DNA of 64,000 nt, from positions 64,001-128,000 of IMG/VR virus record IMGVR_UViG_3300032093_000021; one strand, given 5' to 3'. Under the pieces are notes generated by a model, which was not told where the DNA came from, ran no database searches, and worked only from the letters and a program-made list of their open reading frames with translations. The stretch comes from a virus. Positions 48,301 through 56,231 of this stretch are shown here, in pieces. Position 1 is the stretch's first letter; every line of letters starts with the position of its first letter. The translations under genes and the position numbers were made by a program.

Positions 48301-48715
48301 CACAAGTTTGAGCGGTGAAATTGGGAGTTTTAACACATATTTCATTGAACCCTACAGTAGAACTATCTACGTTGGCTATTGTTGTTATAGACCAAGAAGG
48401 TCCCGCATCATATCCGGACAATCCCAAAACTCTCGTCATGAACATTTGATTGGATTGTTGTAAATAAGCTTTTGCTATATATGAAGCCTCATATTTAGGG
48501 ATTTGAGTATTAACAAACTTTTCCGGAGAAGTTCCTCCGAAATATGTTTGAAACTCATCATAATTTGTAATGAATATAGGTTCAAAAGCCGGTCCCTTCA
48601 AAGCTTCACCTACAATGCCCAAAGTAGTTACACCAACACTCTGAGAAACGAAACTTAAGTCCCTTTCAGAAGTGTAAACACCCGGAGATACGAATACTTT
48701 ACTATTTGTTGCCAT
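45377..48715 (-). CDS. Contractile tail sheath protein (T4 gp18-like) with a large N-terminal insertion
   Basis: VSPGVYTSERDLS, ATYYPW, PWFASAGYTRG, INPIATF, WGNKTL, DRINVRRL and IKPTKALEFI. Confidence 0.95.
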   Translation of the reverse strand: MATNSKVFVSPGVYTSERDLSFVSQSVGVTTLGIVGEALKGPAFEPIFITNYDEFQTYFGGTSPEKFVNTQIPKYEASYIAKAYLQQSNQMFMTRVLGLSGYDAGPSWSITTIANVDSSTVGFNEICVKTPNFTAQTCDISCTAVTLPFMVNFSGCNNSIDTIDFLTNFPNEIQSIINNEYTKFDGGTSTLDSDLKAQLQGIFTTPSKSASSIYYFGTIEHDDYVTLSSGFTAGTNVLDVSNVDSLLADYTSPKNDSWYYSLFDNPTGDSYSGFSFWTAVGSLYVFPNNTPHTTTTTTAAPTPPNPCEDNPTPSVTPTATSTTPPVCFSGTMYGVIYYYTGTSYTEYNNVVIATLRSRGISIFDQDDDGPKYEVDDCTKVTLDFTGSYGAVRKNPFAPFGINVINKDNQLFTFKTSMASSDATYLPKVFGVSNFGKDRKEVPLMVEERYDVLLRWAYNKGYIRGLRQDIIELDSARSGKIDNIAYYAEKYQSPASPYVVSELRGNKVYRLFRFVSISDGNSANDQLKISLANMSFNNLTFDVIVRDFYDTDANPVVLEKFTNCSMDPGQNNYVGKKIGSSDGEFALNSKFIMVELNVEAPVDSLPCGFEGYNFRLYDGVRSPFPIYKTKYFFPGEVIFNPPFGFPSGTDNPVSSAGDNVRRTYLGLSSSIGYDSDFYQYFGKQNIGDVCNPALQDWAYKTAGFHMDEGASVITIPKGFTTSGQPAFECGVATFREDPDDDQNPYYRIFARKFTLFVAGGFDGWDIYREYRTNSDQFVLGKSGYLKGACPDDRYPNATGAGLFRRITVGDNTGDWANTDYYAYLLGQHTFSNPEAVNINVFVTPGIDHVNNSNLVEEAIDMIEFSRADSIYITTTPDYNMFVPTITDNLDLIYPQEAVDNLEETGIDSNYTATYYPWVLTRDTVNNTQIYIPATAEVTRNLALTDNISFPWFASAGYTRGLVNSIKARKKLTQQDRDTLYQGRINPIATFSDVGTVIWGNKTLQIRESALDRINVRRLLLQARKLISAVSVRLLFEQNDERVRQDFLDAVNPILDGIRRDRGLYDFRVTVSSSPEDLDRNQLTGKIYIKPTKALEFIDIEFLITPTGASFENI

Positions 48716-48843
48716 TTAAAAAAAAATTTTAGATTTATTTATTTAATCATAAATATTTCTTTTTTTAGCAAAAAACTTTACTTTTCAAAAGATATTTATA
48801 AGTTGGCAGATTATTTTCTACCTTTTTTCTGCCTGTCATAGTT

Positions 48844-49005
48844 ATGTCAGAAAACAAAAAAATAAAGAATATTAAGATATCAATAGAATCACACGAGGTT
48901 CTCAAAAAATATTGTGAAAAAAAAGGAATTAAAATTTACAAATTTTTAGAAAATTTAATTTTTGAAAAGTGTAAAGAAAAGAAGGATATCTATGGTGAAT
49001 CCTAA
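48844..49005 (+). CDS. Small ribbon-helix-helix-like DNA-binding protein (not in the ORF track)
   Basis: MSENKKIKNIKISIESHEVLKKYCEKKGIKIYKFLENLIFEKCKEKKDIYGES: an alternating beta strand then helix-G-helix. It has its own TATTTATA at 48793-48800. Confidence 0.7.
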   Translation: MSENKKIKNIKISIESHEVLKKYCEKKGIKIYKFLENLIFEKCKEKKDIYGES

Positions 49006-50039
49006 ACTATATTGGCTGTGAAGTTAAGTTTAGATGAATTACTTGATACAGATTTCACTATTTCAAACCTCAACAAATCTTCACTATTGACTTGAATTTT
49101 TGATAAGTTAGACCCATAATATTCATCGTTAATGTAAACCTCATATGACTGATAGTTTACACCATCTACAAAAGACAAATCTACTTTATCAAAAAATCTT
49201 TTATTAGTTACATTTGATGTTTCAGAAAACAAAACTTCCACACTATAAGTTGATGGGTTAGTTGATGGTTTTCTCTTTTTCTTTTTTCTATTGTCCCCTG
49301 AAACTTCATATAATTGTAAAACTCTTGAAACCGCTGGTTTGATTTCAAATTCGTCTTCATCCATTAGGAACCCTAACATTGTGAAATCATATGATTGTAT
49401 GTAGTATTTCCTTTTTTCCAAATCCATAACTGATTCATCAGATACATTATCCCATATTATTGGAATATAATGTCCTTTAATTTGTGTGTAAGCTTGACGG
49501 GATGAAAATTTTTGTAAAACAACTTTGTTAAAACTATTTAATTCTCTCATTCTATTACAAATGATTTTAACAGAAAATTTTAAATCAACCGGAATTGGTT
49601 GTGGAATTTTATAAACATCTACGTTCAATCTGTTGCCGTCGTAATTTGGAACCGACGCATAATAAAATTGTTTTCTCACGGGAATGGTGTATATTGCAGG
49701 ATTACCCCCAAATTTCATTTCCGGACTTTTTACAACTGATATGAATGGAGGTGAAATATTGTTATCCAAATCTTGAAAATTCCAAGTTTCAGTAAATTGA
49801 GCCCAATTCTGAGTGGTGATTATAATATCAACATTAGGAACCTTTTTACCATCAACAACAAGTTTAAGATCTTCCTTCACAAAGTCCAAAAATCCCCTAT
49901 CCAAATCAGCATGAAGAATTGATTTTGGAAGAAAAGTTCCCTTTTCGTTTATTTTTTCCAATAACTCAACTCTTCTCGGATATAGAGTTCTCTGATATCC
50001 TAAAGTAATATCTTTTTTTATTTTTTTAGGGAATCCCAT
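49002..50039 (-). CDS. Tail terminator / sheath-completion protein (gp15-like)
   Basis: PFISV, KIPQPIPVDLKFSVKI and YDFTMLGFL patterns; position next to the sheath gene. Confidence 0.6.
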   Translation of the reverse strand: MGFPKKIKKDITLGYQRTLYPRRVELLEKINEKGTFLPKSILHADLDRGFLDFVKEDLKLVVDGKKVPNVDIIITTQNWAQFTETWNFQDLDNNISPPFISVVKSPEMKFGGNPAIYTIPVRKQFYYASVPNYDGNRLNVDVYKIPQPIPVDLKFSVKIICNRMRELNSFNKVVLQKFSSRQAYTQIKGHYIPIIWDNVSDESVMDLEKRKYYIQSYDFTMLGFLMDEDEFEIKPAVSRVLQLYEVSGDNRKKKKRKPSTNPSTYSVEVLFSETSNVTNKRFFDKVDLSFVDGVNYQSYEVYINDEYYGSNLSKIQVNSEDLLRFEIVKSVSSNSSKLNFTANIV

Positions 50040-50041
50040 TA

Positions 50042-50578
50042 TTATAGTTTTACATAATTAGTTCCGGGTATAAAATCTTTTGCCTCGTATTTTGGTAAAA
50101 GAGTTCTCCATGTATGTCCGAATGTTTTTTCAAAGTGTGGTTTATCTTTGAAAGATTTCCAATCTCCACCCCAAACCCAATTATTTCTTTTTAGTATTTC
50201 AACAACTTCCATCCAATCAGCTTTACCATCCTTATCAAAGTCAATATTGTCCTCCCAACTTGCAGAATCAAATTTTCCGTCATTATTGGTATCTTTAATT
50301 AAAACAATGTCTAACGCCAACCCATAATTATGAATTGATTGACCTCCTTTAGCTTTGGTTACAACACCTAATCTTTTACCATTTGCATCAAACAATCTTG
50401 TTCTACCTTGTGCGTAAATTGCGTCTTGTTCTGCAAATGTTCTTAAGGTGTAAGCAAATCTACAGATCGCCTTTCCGTTTAGTGCTGGAACGATTTGTGC
50501 CCTGTAGATATAATTTACTTCTTCTCTTACTGCAGGATGTAATAATTGAATCCTGTCTAACGTGATTTTGTCTTCCAT
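50042..50578 (-). CDS. M15 family L-Ala-D-Glu peptidase (endolysin)
   Basis: LRTFAEQDAIYAQGR, SIHNYGLALD and WGGDWKSFKDKPHFE Zn-peptidase motifs. Confidence 0.9.
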   Translation of the reverse strand: MEDKITLDRIQLLHPAVREEVNYIYRAQIVPALNGKAICRFAYTLRTFAEQDAIYAQGRTRLFDANGKRLGVVTKAKGGQSIHNYGLALDIVLIKDTNNDGKFDSASWEDNIDFDKDGKADWMEVVEILKRNNWVWGGDWKSFKDKPHFEKTFGHTWRTLLPKYEAKDFIPGTNYVKL

Positions 50579-50583
50579 ATGTT

Positions 50584-50826
50584 TTAGTTTTTTATTCTTG
50601 CTTGGGCAATTAATGTATCATTACCATATTGAAATCTAAAAGTAAGATCCGGGTATTTGTTTTGTAAATATTCTAACCATTTTTTAACACTTTTCTTCGG
50701 CATGAAAGAAGATTTAACTTTATCTTCTTCATAATCAAACTTATCAAGTTGTTCTTGTGGAGTTTGGGTAATCCCTTGTTCCTTTAGAATTCTATAATAT
50801 TGTGATTCAGTTAATTTTATTCTCAT
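50584..50826 (-). CDS. Small hypothetical protein with an N-terminal IKLTESQY motif
   Basis: 80 aa ORF coupled to the neck gene. Confidence 0.6.
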   Translation of the reverse strand: MRIKLTESQYYRILKEQGITQTPQEQLDKFDYEEDKVKSSFMPKKSVKKWLEYLQNKYPDLTFRFQYGNDTLIAQARIKN

Positions 50827-51338
50827 AACCCTCTAAATTCATTTTGACTAACAGGTGTTGCAATAATAGTTTTGTAAAAAGGTTTGTAACCTGCATAAGT
50901 ATGTTTATTATCTGAAACAACCCTTCCGTCATTTGCGACAACATAATATCTAACCCTTGTTTCAGTTTCATAATATCCGATATAATCACCTTGATCAATA
51001 TCAATACCAAGTTCATCTAAATGTTTTTGATAAACAGAAATTTTAATATTTCCTGGCTCAACTTGGCTTAAATTAGTTTTATTACCTATCATTTTATTCT
51101 CAGGTGCGGATACTTGAATATAAGCTTTGAATTCAACAGGTGCCATATACTTAACACCATCAGTCAATGTTTCACCATAAACATCATCTGTTTTGGTTTT
51201 ATATCTATCAACCTTATATAACACGCAAGTGAAGTTCATGTCACCTTCCAACCATTCACTACCCATTTCAATATCCAAAGAATAATCTTCGGCACCGAAA
51301 AACTTACCAAGTCGTGTTATGGGAACCTTTTTTTCCAT
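50823..51338 (-). CDS. Neck / head-closure protein (gp14-like)
   Basis: DDVYGE...PVEFKA...GDYIGY...YYVV pattern; near the gp13- and gp15-like genes. Confidence 0.65.
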   Translation of the reverse strand: MEKKVPITRLGKFFGAEDYSLDIEMGSEWLEGDMNFTCVLYKVDRYKTKTDDVYGETLTDGVKYMAPVEFKAYIQVSAPENKMIGNKTNLSQVEPGNIKISVYQKHLDELGIDIDQGDYIGYYETETRVRYYVVANDGRVVSDNKHTYAGYKPFYKTIIATPVSQNEFRGL

Positions 51339-51339
51339 A

Positions 51340-51368
51340 TTGATAAATATCTTTATTTTTATTATCTT
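51340..51368 (+). promoter_or_regulatory. sigma70-like promoter for the SNF2 helicase, overlapping the divergent TATTTATC motif
   Basis: TTGATA-N17-TATCTT on the + strand. Confidence 0.5.
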
Positions 51369-51384
51369 TATATAAAAAGTTTTT

Positions 51385-53145
51385 TTGGAAAATGGAACAC
51401 ATTTAATTGAGAGAAAGGCGCTTGAAATGCTTGAGACATATTCAGGTTCAAATAACTATATCCTAAAGATCCAACACCAACAAAGTATTAATAAAAAGTT
51501 TTATCCTACCCGATCTCAATCTGAATACATATTAACTTTTCACGACACAAAACCAAAGGTTGCAAAAAAATGGGTTGATCTTGATCCATATTTTGCAAAT
51601 AAAATATCTGATGAAAAGTTATATACAAAGGTTCCGGATCAGGTTTGGGTTGAGAAGTTATTAGTTGAAAAAGAAAAAGCATACCACATTTGGGGTAAGT
51701 TCTTTTCCGGTGAAACTAACCACGAATTTTGGTTACCAAAGTCGGCATTAATTAAAACTCACACAATAGAAAAGGTAGATATTGATTATTCAAAGTATGA
51801 TCATAGACCTCCTTTATCACATCAGAAAGAAGCAATTGAGAAATTGGTTGGTAGTAAAAGATTTATCTTGGCGGATGATATGGGATTGGGTAAGACCACA
51901 TCCACAATTATTGCCGCTCTTGAAACCGGGGCAAAAAAGATTTTAATTATTTGTCCCGCATCTCTTAAGATTAACTGGCAAAGGGAAATTTCAAATTATA
52001 GTGATAGAAGTGTTTATATCTCTGAAGGTAAAAACTTCTCAACTGAACACGACTTTGTTATTATTAATTACGATATCATTAAAAACTTTTATGATACCAA
52101 AGACAAAGAAAACTCGCTGATTTATAAATCAAACTTTGATTTGATTATTATTGACGAAGCACATTACCTTCAGAATACCCAAGCTCAAAGAACCAAACTT
52201 GTTAATTCTTTTGCAAAAAAAGCTAACAGGTTATGGTTATTGACCGGGACTCCTATGACTTCCCGTCCAATCAACTATTTTAACTTACTAAACCTTATTG
52301 AATCCCCTGTCGCACAAAATTGGATGGCTTATGTCATAAGATACTGTGAGGGATATCAGTTTAGGGTTGGAGGTAATAGAAAAATTTGGAATACAAATGG
52401 TGCTTCTAACTTGGAAGAGTTAAGAGACAGAACTTCAAAACAAGTATTAAGAAGATTGAAAACTGAAGTATTGGATCTTCCTGATAAGATTATCACCCCC
52501 GTTTATTTGAGATTAAGATCCAAACTATATGAGGGTCTGATGGGTGATTATTATAATTGGTATGAAAAAAACCCTGAAGAATCTTCATCTCTGACAGTTC
52601 AGTTTTCAAAACTGATGAAAATTAGACAAGTGATTGCTGAAGAAAAAGTTTCATCTACAATTGAACTTGCGGAGAACATTATTGAACAAGGGAAGAAAGT
52701 TATTATATTCACAAACTTCACCAATACTCTTAAAACTTTACTAGATCACTTCGGTAAAAAGGCGGTTGGTCTTGATGGGTCATCGTCTAAAGTGGAAAGG
52801 CAAAATGCAGTTGATCAATTCCAAGAGAATGATAAGATACAAGTGTTTGTTGGAAACATCAAAGCTGCGGGTGTTGGTATTACATTAACTTCTTCTGAAG
52901 CGGTTATAATGAATGACTTATCATTCGTTCCATCGGATCATAGTCAGGCAGAAGATAGGGCTTACAGATACGGACAAAAATCAAATGTGTCGGTTTATTA
53001 TCCCATATTTGAAAATACAATAGAAGGTATCATCTACGACATGTTAATGAAAAAGAAAAACATATTTGAAACTGTAATGGGTGATAATATGGATAAGGGA
53101 GATTTCGTAGAAGAAGTTATGAATTTAATTAACAATAGATCGTAA
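51385..53145 (+). CDS. SNF2-family (SMARCAL1/HARP-like) helicase/translocase
   Basis: LADDMGLGKT, DEAH, LTGTP, LRRLK, AAGVGITL and QAEDRAYRYGQ; TTG start. Confidence 0.9.
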   Translation: MENGTHLIERKALEMLETYSGSNNYILKIQHQQSINKKFYPTRSQSEYILTFHDTKPKVAKKWVDLDPYFANKISDEKLYTKVPDQVWVEKLLVEKEKAYHIWGKFFSGETNHEFWLPKSALIKTHTIEKVDIDYSKYDHRPPLSHQKEAIEKLVGSKRFILADDMGLGKTTSTIIAALETGAKKILIICPASLKINWQREISNYSDRSVYISEGKNFSTEHDFVIINYDIIKNFYDTKDKENSLIYKSNFDLIIIDEAHYLQNTQAQRTKLVNSFAKKANRLWLLTGTPMTSRPINYFNLLNLIESPVAQNWMAYVIRYCEGYQFRVGGNRKIWNTNGASNLEELRDRTSKQVLRRLKTEVLDLPDKIITPVYLRLRSKLYEGLMGDYYNWYEKNPEESSSLTVQFSKLMKIRQVIAEEKVSSTIELAENIIEQGKKVIIFTNFTNTLKTLLDHFGKKAVGLDGSSSKVERQNAVDQFQENDKIQVFVGNIKAAGVGITLTSSEAVIMNDLSFVPSDHSQAEDRAYRYGQKSNVSVYYPIFENTIEGIIYDMLMKKKNIFETVMGDNMDKGDFVEEVMNLINNRS

Positions 53146-53156
53146 TATTTATTGAT

Positions 53157-54767
53157 ATGCAAAGTATCAATGAAAAAATATTACAAATTAAAAAGTTAAT
53201 ATCTGAAGGTCCGGTAGAAGAAAAATCTTATCTCTTAATGGAGATGAAAAAAATAGGAATAGATAAATTACCCTATTCTTTATCCGCTCTTAAAAGGTTC
53301 ATAGATGCAAAAACTATGGACTTTCACTATAACAAACACTACAAGGGTTATGTAGACAAGTTAAATGACGCACTACAAAAAAGAGATTATGGTGATTTAG
53401 ATTTAGAACAAATTGTTAAAAGAATATCTAAATTCAACACAACAATAAGAAACAATGCGGGAGGAGCTTATAATCACGCTTTGTTTTGGAAAATGTTGTC
53501 TCCTACTGAACAAAAACCCTCAAAAAAAATTTTTGATAAAATTAAAAAAGATTTCGGTAGTTTTGCTGAATTCAAAAGAAAATTTGAAGATATTGCAAAA
53601 AAAAGGTTTGGTTCCGGATGGGTTTGGTTAATACTAACTAAAGGAGGCAAACTTCGTGTTGTTTCAACGCCAAATCAGGATAATCCTCTGATGAACATAT
53701 CAAAAAGAAAAGGATTTCCAATTTTGGGGTTAGATCTTTGGGAACACGCTTTTTACTTGAAATATCAAAATAAAAGAGATGAATATATTAAAAATTTTTG
53801 GAGTGTCGTAAATTGGGAATTCGTAGAAAAGTTATACGACATGAAAACGAACACAGTATTACAAGAACAATCACTATTAAAAAAACTAAATTTGAAAACT
53901 CTTATAAACGAGGGATTAGAAAAAGCTGTGTCTTTTTGCTCCCACGAACAACAACAACAATATAAAGATTTACTTTCAGTTTGGACATTCAAACAAAAAT
54001 TTGTTGACAGATGGAAAAAACTTCTAAAAATATTATATCCGGGCTCTTGGAAAGCGGATAATGAGTTATTTCAAGGACATATGGAAGGGGTTTATACTGC
54101 AACAAATGAAAGATCTCTCTTAAATAATCTTACATCTTCATATTCGGCTTTTTGTATTCTACATAATGATATTAACACTTATCTCAAAAATAGTGGAGAA
54201 CCTGTCATAATATTCAATGATGATGTTAAAAATAATTTAGTCGAATTGGATAGATTTTTTGATATAATGATTGAACTAAAAGATAGGATCTTCAATTTGG
54301 CAACTTCCAAAACATTTCAAAAAGTAGAAAAGACACTAAAAAGAAATGATTGTTTCGGTAAAAGAAATGAAGATGCGGCTATGAAAATTATCAACAAAAT
54401 GTGGGACATTGCTGAATGTAAAATAAAAGCTGGTGGAGGATTGAGAACAGATATGCTTGCCGGGGTTGACGCCGCCATTTTTCTTGATAACGGAGAAACA
54501 TGGACCGCACAAATAAAACCTTATAAATCTTTAACATACATCTCAGGGGATGAAAAATTAATAAAAATTGATGGAATATCTTTGATGAAGAAATATTCTG
54601 TTGATGTTTTTGTGTTTGTTAATGTTGCAAGTATGAAAGTCTACGTAATAGATAATAATTTGATATCTCATACGTCAAGCACTGCAACATTTAAAGAGAA
54701 GGATATAATAAAAGAACTAACTGGGGACTCAAGTATTGAATTACTTGATTGTTCTCAATATTTATAG
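53157..54767 (+). CDS. Fe/Mn superoxide dismutase fused to a C-terminal PD-(D/E)xK-like domain
   Basis: LPYS..AL, FHYNKHYKGY, YNHALFW, FGSGWVW, NQDNP and DLWEHAFY (all four metal ligands present), then ~300 extra aa containing D..AGVD...AQIKP. Confidence 0.85.
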   Translation: MQSINEKILQIKKLISEGPVEEKSYLLMEMKKIGIDKLPYSLSALKRFIDAKTMDFHYNKHYKGYVDKLNDALQKRDYGDLDLEQIVKRISKFNTTIRNNAGGAYNHALFWKMLSPTEQKPSKKIFDKIKKDFGSFAEFKRKFEDIAKKRFGSGWVWLILTKGGKLRVVSTPNQDNPLMNISKRKGFPILGLDLWEHAFYLKYQNKRDEYIKNFWSVVNWEFVEKLYDMKTNTVLQEQSLLKKLNLKTLINEGLEKAVSFCSHEQQQQYKDLLSVWTFKQKFVDRWKKLLKILYPGSWKADNELFQGHMEGVYTATNERSLLNNLTSSYSAFCILHNDINTYLKNSGEPVIIFNDDVKNNLVELDRFFDIMIELKDRIFNLATSKTFQKVEKTLKRNDCFGKRNEDAAMKIINKMWDIAECKIKAGGGLRTDMLAGVDAAIFLDNGETWTAQIKPYKSLTYISGDEKLIKIDGISLMKKYSVDVFVFVNVASMKVYVIDNNLISHTSSTATFKEKDIIKELTGDSSIELLDCSQYL

Positions 54768-54779
54768 TAAACATAAAAT

Positions 54780-55892
54780 ATGGCAATAATATCCGAACCA
54801 CAGAGAACCAAGTTATTCACAAGAGTTAGACACTTATTAGGTGCCCCTCTTAGAAGTGTTGAGCTAGAAGATGAAATGTTAGATTCCCTTCTTGAACTTT
54901 CAATAGGAGATTATTCGCAATACATCCAAGATTGGCTTATAGAATCACAATGGGCTGCACTTCAAAATCTTAATTTAGATGAACAATCTCTCACAAGAGC
55001 TTTTGTAACTAGAAGTATTGATTATGAAACAAGATACACCTATGCATATTCAAAAATAGTTGGATTACAGACGGGTGGGGATTGGGTTTTGAAAAAAGAT
55101 TTCATTCAGTTACAGAAAAACCAACAATTATATGAAATTCCCGCCGGTAGAGAATTAAATGAACTATTATGGTTCACACCGGCGGAGTTAACTAATATTC
55201 TATTTGATCCTTGGTCATTTGGTGTGATGGGTGGACCAGGACTAGGAGGACCGGGAGGTTATTCACAACTAGGATATAGTGGATCTTATTTTTTAATGCC
55301 GGCATTTGACATGTTATTGAGAATGCAAGAAATTAATATACAAAGAAGAATTATCGCATCTGAATTAACATATAGAGTAACCGCACTTCCTGATGGAAAA
55401 AAAATGATTCATTTAATGAACACACCCGGAGGTAAATTTGATTTCGGAAATTCAAATTTCACCAACGGTAGAGTTTGGTATTGGTATTACGATACCGAAG
55501 GTAAAGATAGAGATAATTGTCTCAAAAATAATCCCGATATTGTCAAACTTCCTTCAGACGTTCCGATTGATGAAATTGCTTGGGATGACTTAAATAATCC
55601 GGCACAACAATGGGTTAGAAGATGGTTTATCGGACTTTGTAAAGAAACACTTGGTAGAGTTAGAGGTAAATACAGCGGAAATCTGAAAACTCCTGATAGT
55701 GAACTTACTATGGATTACACAAGTTTATTGACTGAGGGAAAAGATGAAAGAGCAAAATTAGAAGAAGAACTTAAACAACGTCTTGAAAGAATGAGACCTG
55801 AAAAAATGATGGAAAAACAAGCCCTTACCGCAGAAAACTTAAACAAATCCTTGAAGTTTAGAGCTTTCCCAAGACAAATATACGTTATTTAA
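54780..55892 (+). CDS. Neck protein / head-tail adaptor (gp13-like)
   Basis: LGAPLRSVELEDE and QWVRRWFIGLCKETLGRVRGKY...EGKDERAKLEEEL match the gp13 pattern. Confidence 0.8.
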   Translation: MAIISEPQRTKLFTRVRHLLGAPLRSVELEDEMLDSLLELSIGDYSQYIQDWLIESQWAALQNLNLDEQSLTRAFVTRSIDYETRYTYAYSKIVGLQTGGDWVLKKDFIQLQKNQQLYEIPAGRELNELLWFTPAELTNILFDPWSFGVMGGPGLGGPGGYSQLGYSGSYFLMPAFDMLLRMQEINIQRRIIASELTYRVTALPDGKKMIHLMNTPGGKFDFGNSNFTNGRVWYWYYDTEGKDRDNCLKNNPDIVKLPSDVPIDEIAWDDLNNPAQQWVRRWFIGLCKETLGRVRGKYSGNLKTPDSELTMDYTSLLTEGKDERAKLEEELKQRLERMRPEKMMEKQALTAENLNKSLKFRAFPRQIYVI

Positions 55893-55895
55893 TTT

Positions 55896-56231
55896 ATGGC
55901 AGTATTAAGAAACACACCATCACAAAGAGTAATCAATGGATCAATCATCAACTCATCTGAAAGTGCGATTGTATCCGACTCAATTTTCAGAACTAAAGGA
56001 GAAGGGATAATTGTTGTTAAGAACGTTGATTATTGTACTATAAATTTAGATCACACAACAACAGATAGAACCGTTATAAAGGCTTTAACAAAAGTTCTTA
56101 TTCAACCAATTATGGGAATGATTGATGATGAATATCATGAACTTTTAATTGAAAAAGGTGCTTGTGTTGAACTTGCCTTTTGTGGTGGTGGATGGTACAT
56201 TCTAAGTTCAGATGGATTGAAATTTAGTTAA
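55896..56231 (+). CDS. Small beta-rich hypothetical (possibly structural) protein
   Basis: 111 aa ORF 3 nt after the neck gene, ending ...VELAFCGGGWYILS. Confidence 0.55.
   Translation: MAVLRNTPSQRVINGSIINSSESAIVSDSIFRTKGEGIIVVKNVDYCTINLDHTTTDRTVIKALTKVLIQPIMGMIDDEYHELLIEKGACVELAFCGGGWYILSSDGLKFS

Noticed and set aside
16874-50039. Bacterial extracellular contractile injection system (eCIS) or tailocin
   Set aside because: The tail genes are interleaved with head-neck genes and a full phage replisome (PolB, helicase, SSB, UvsX, RNR), which indicates a phage.
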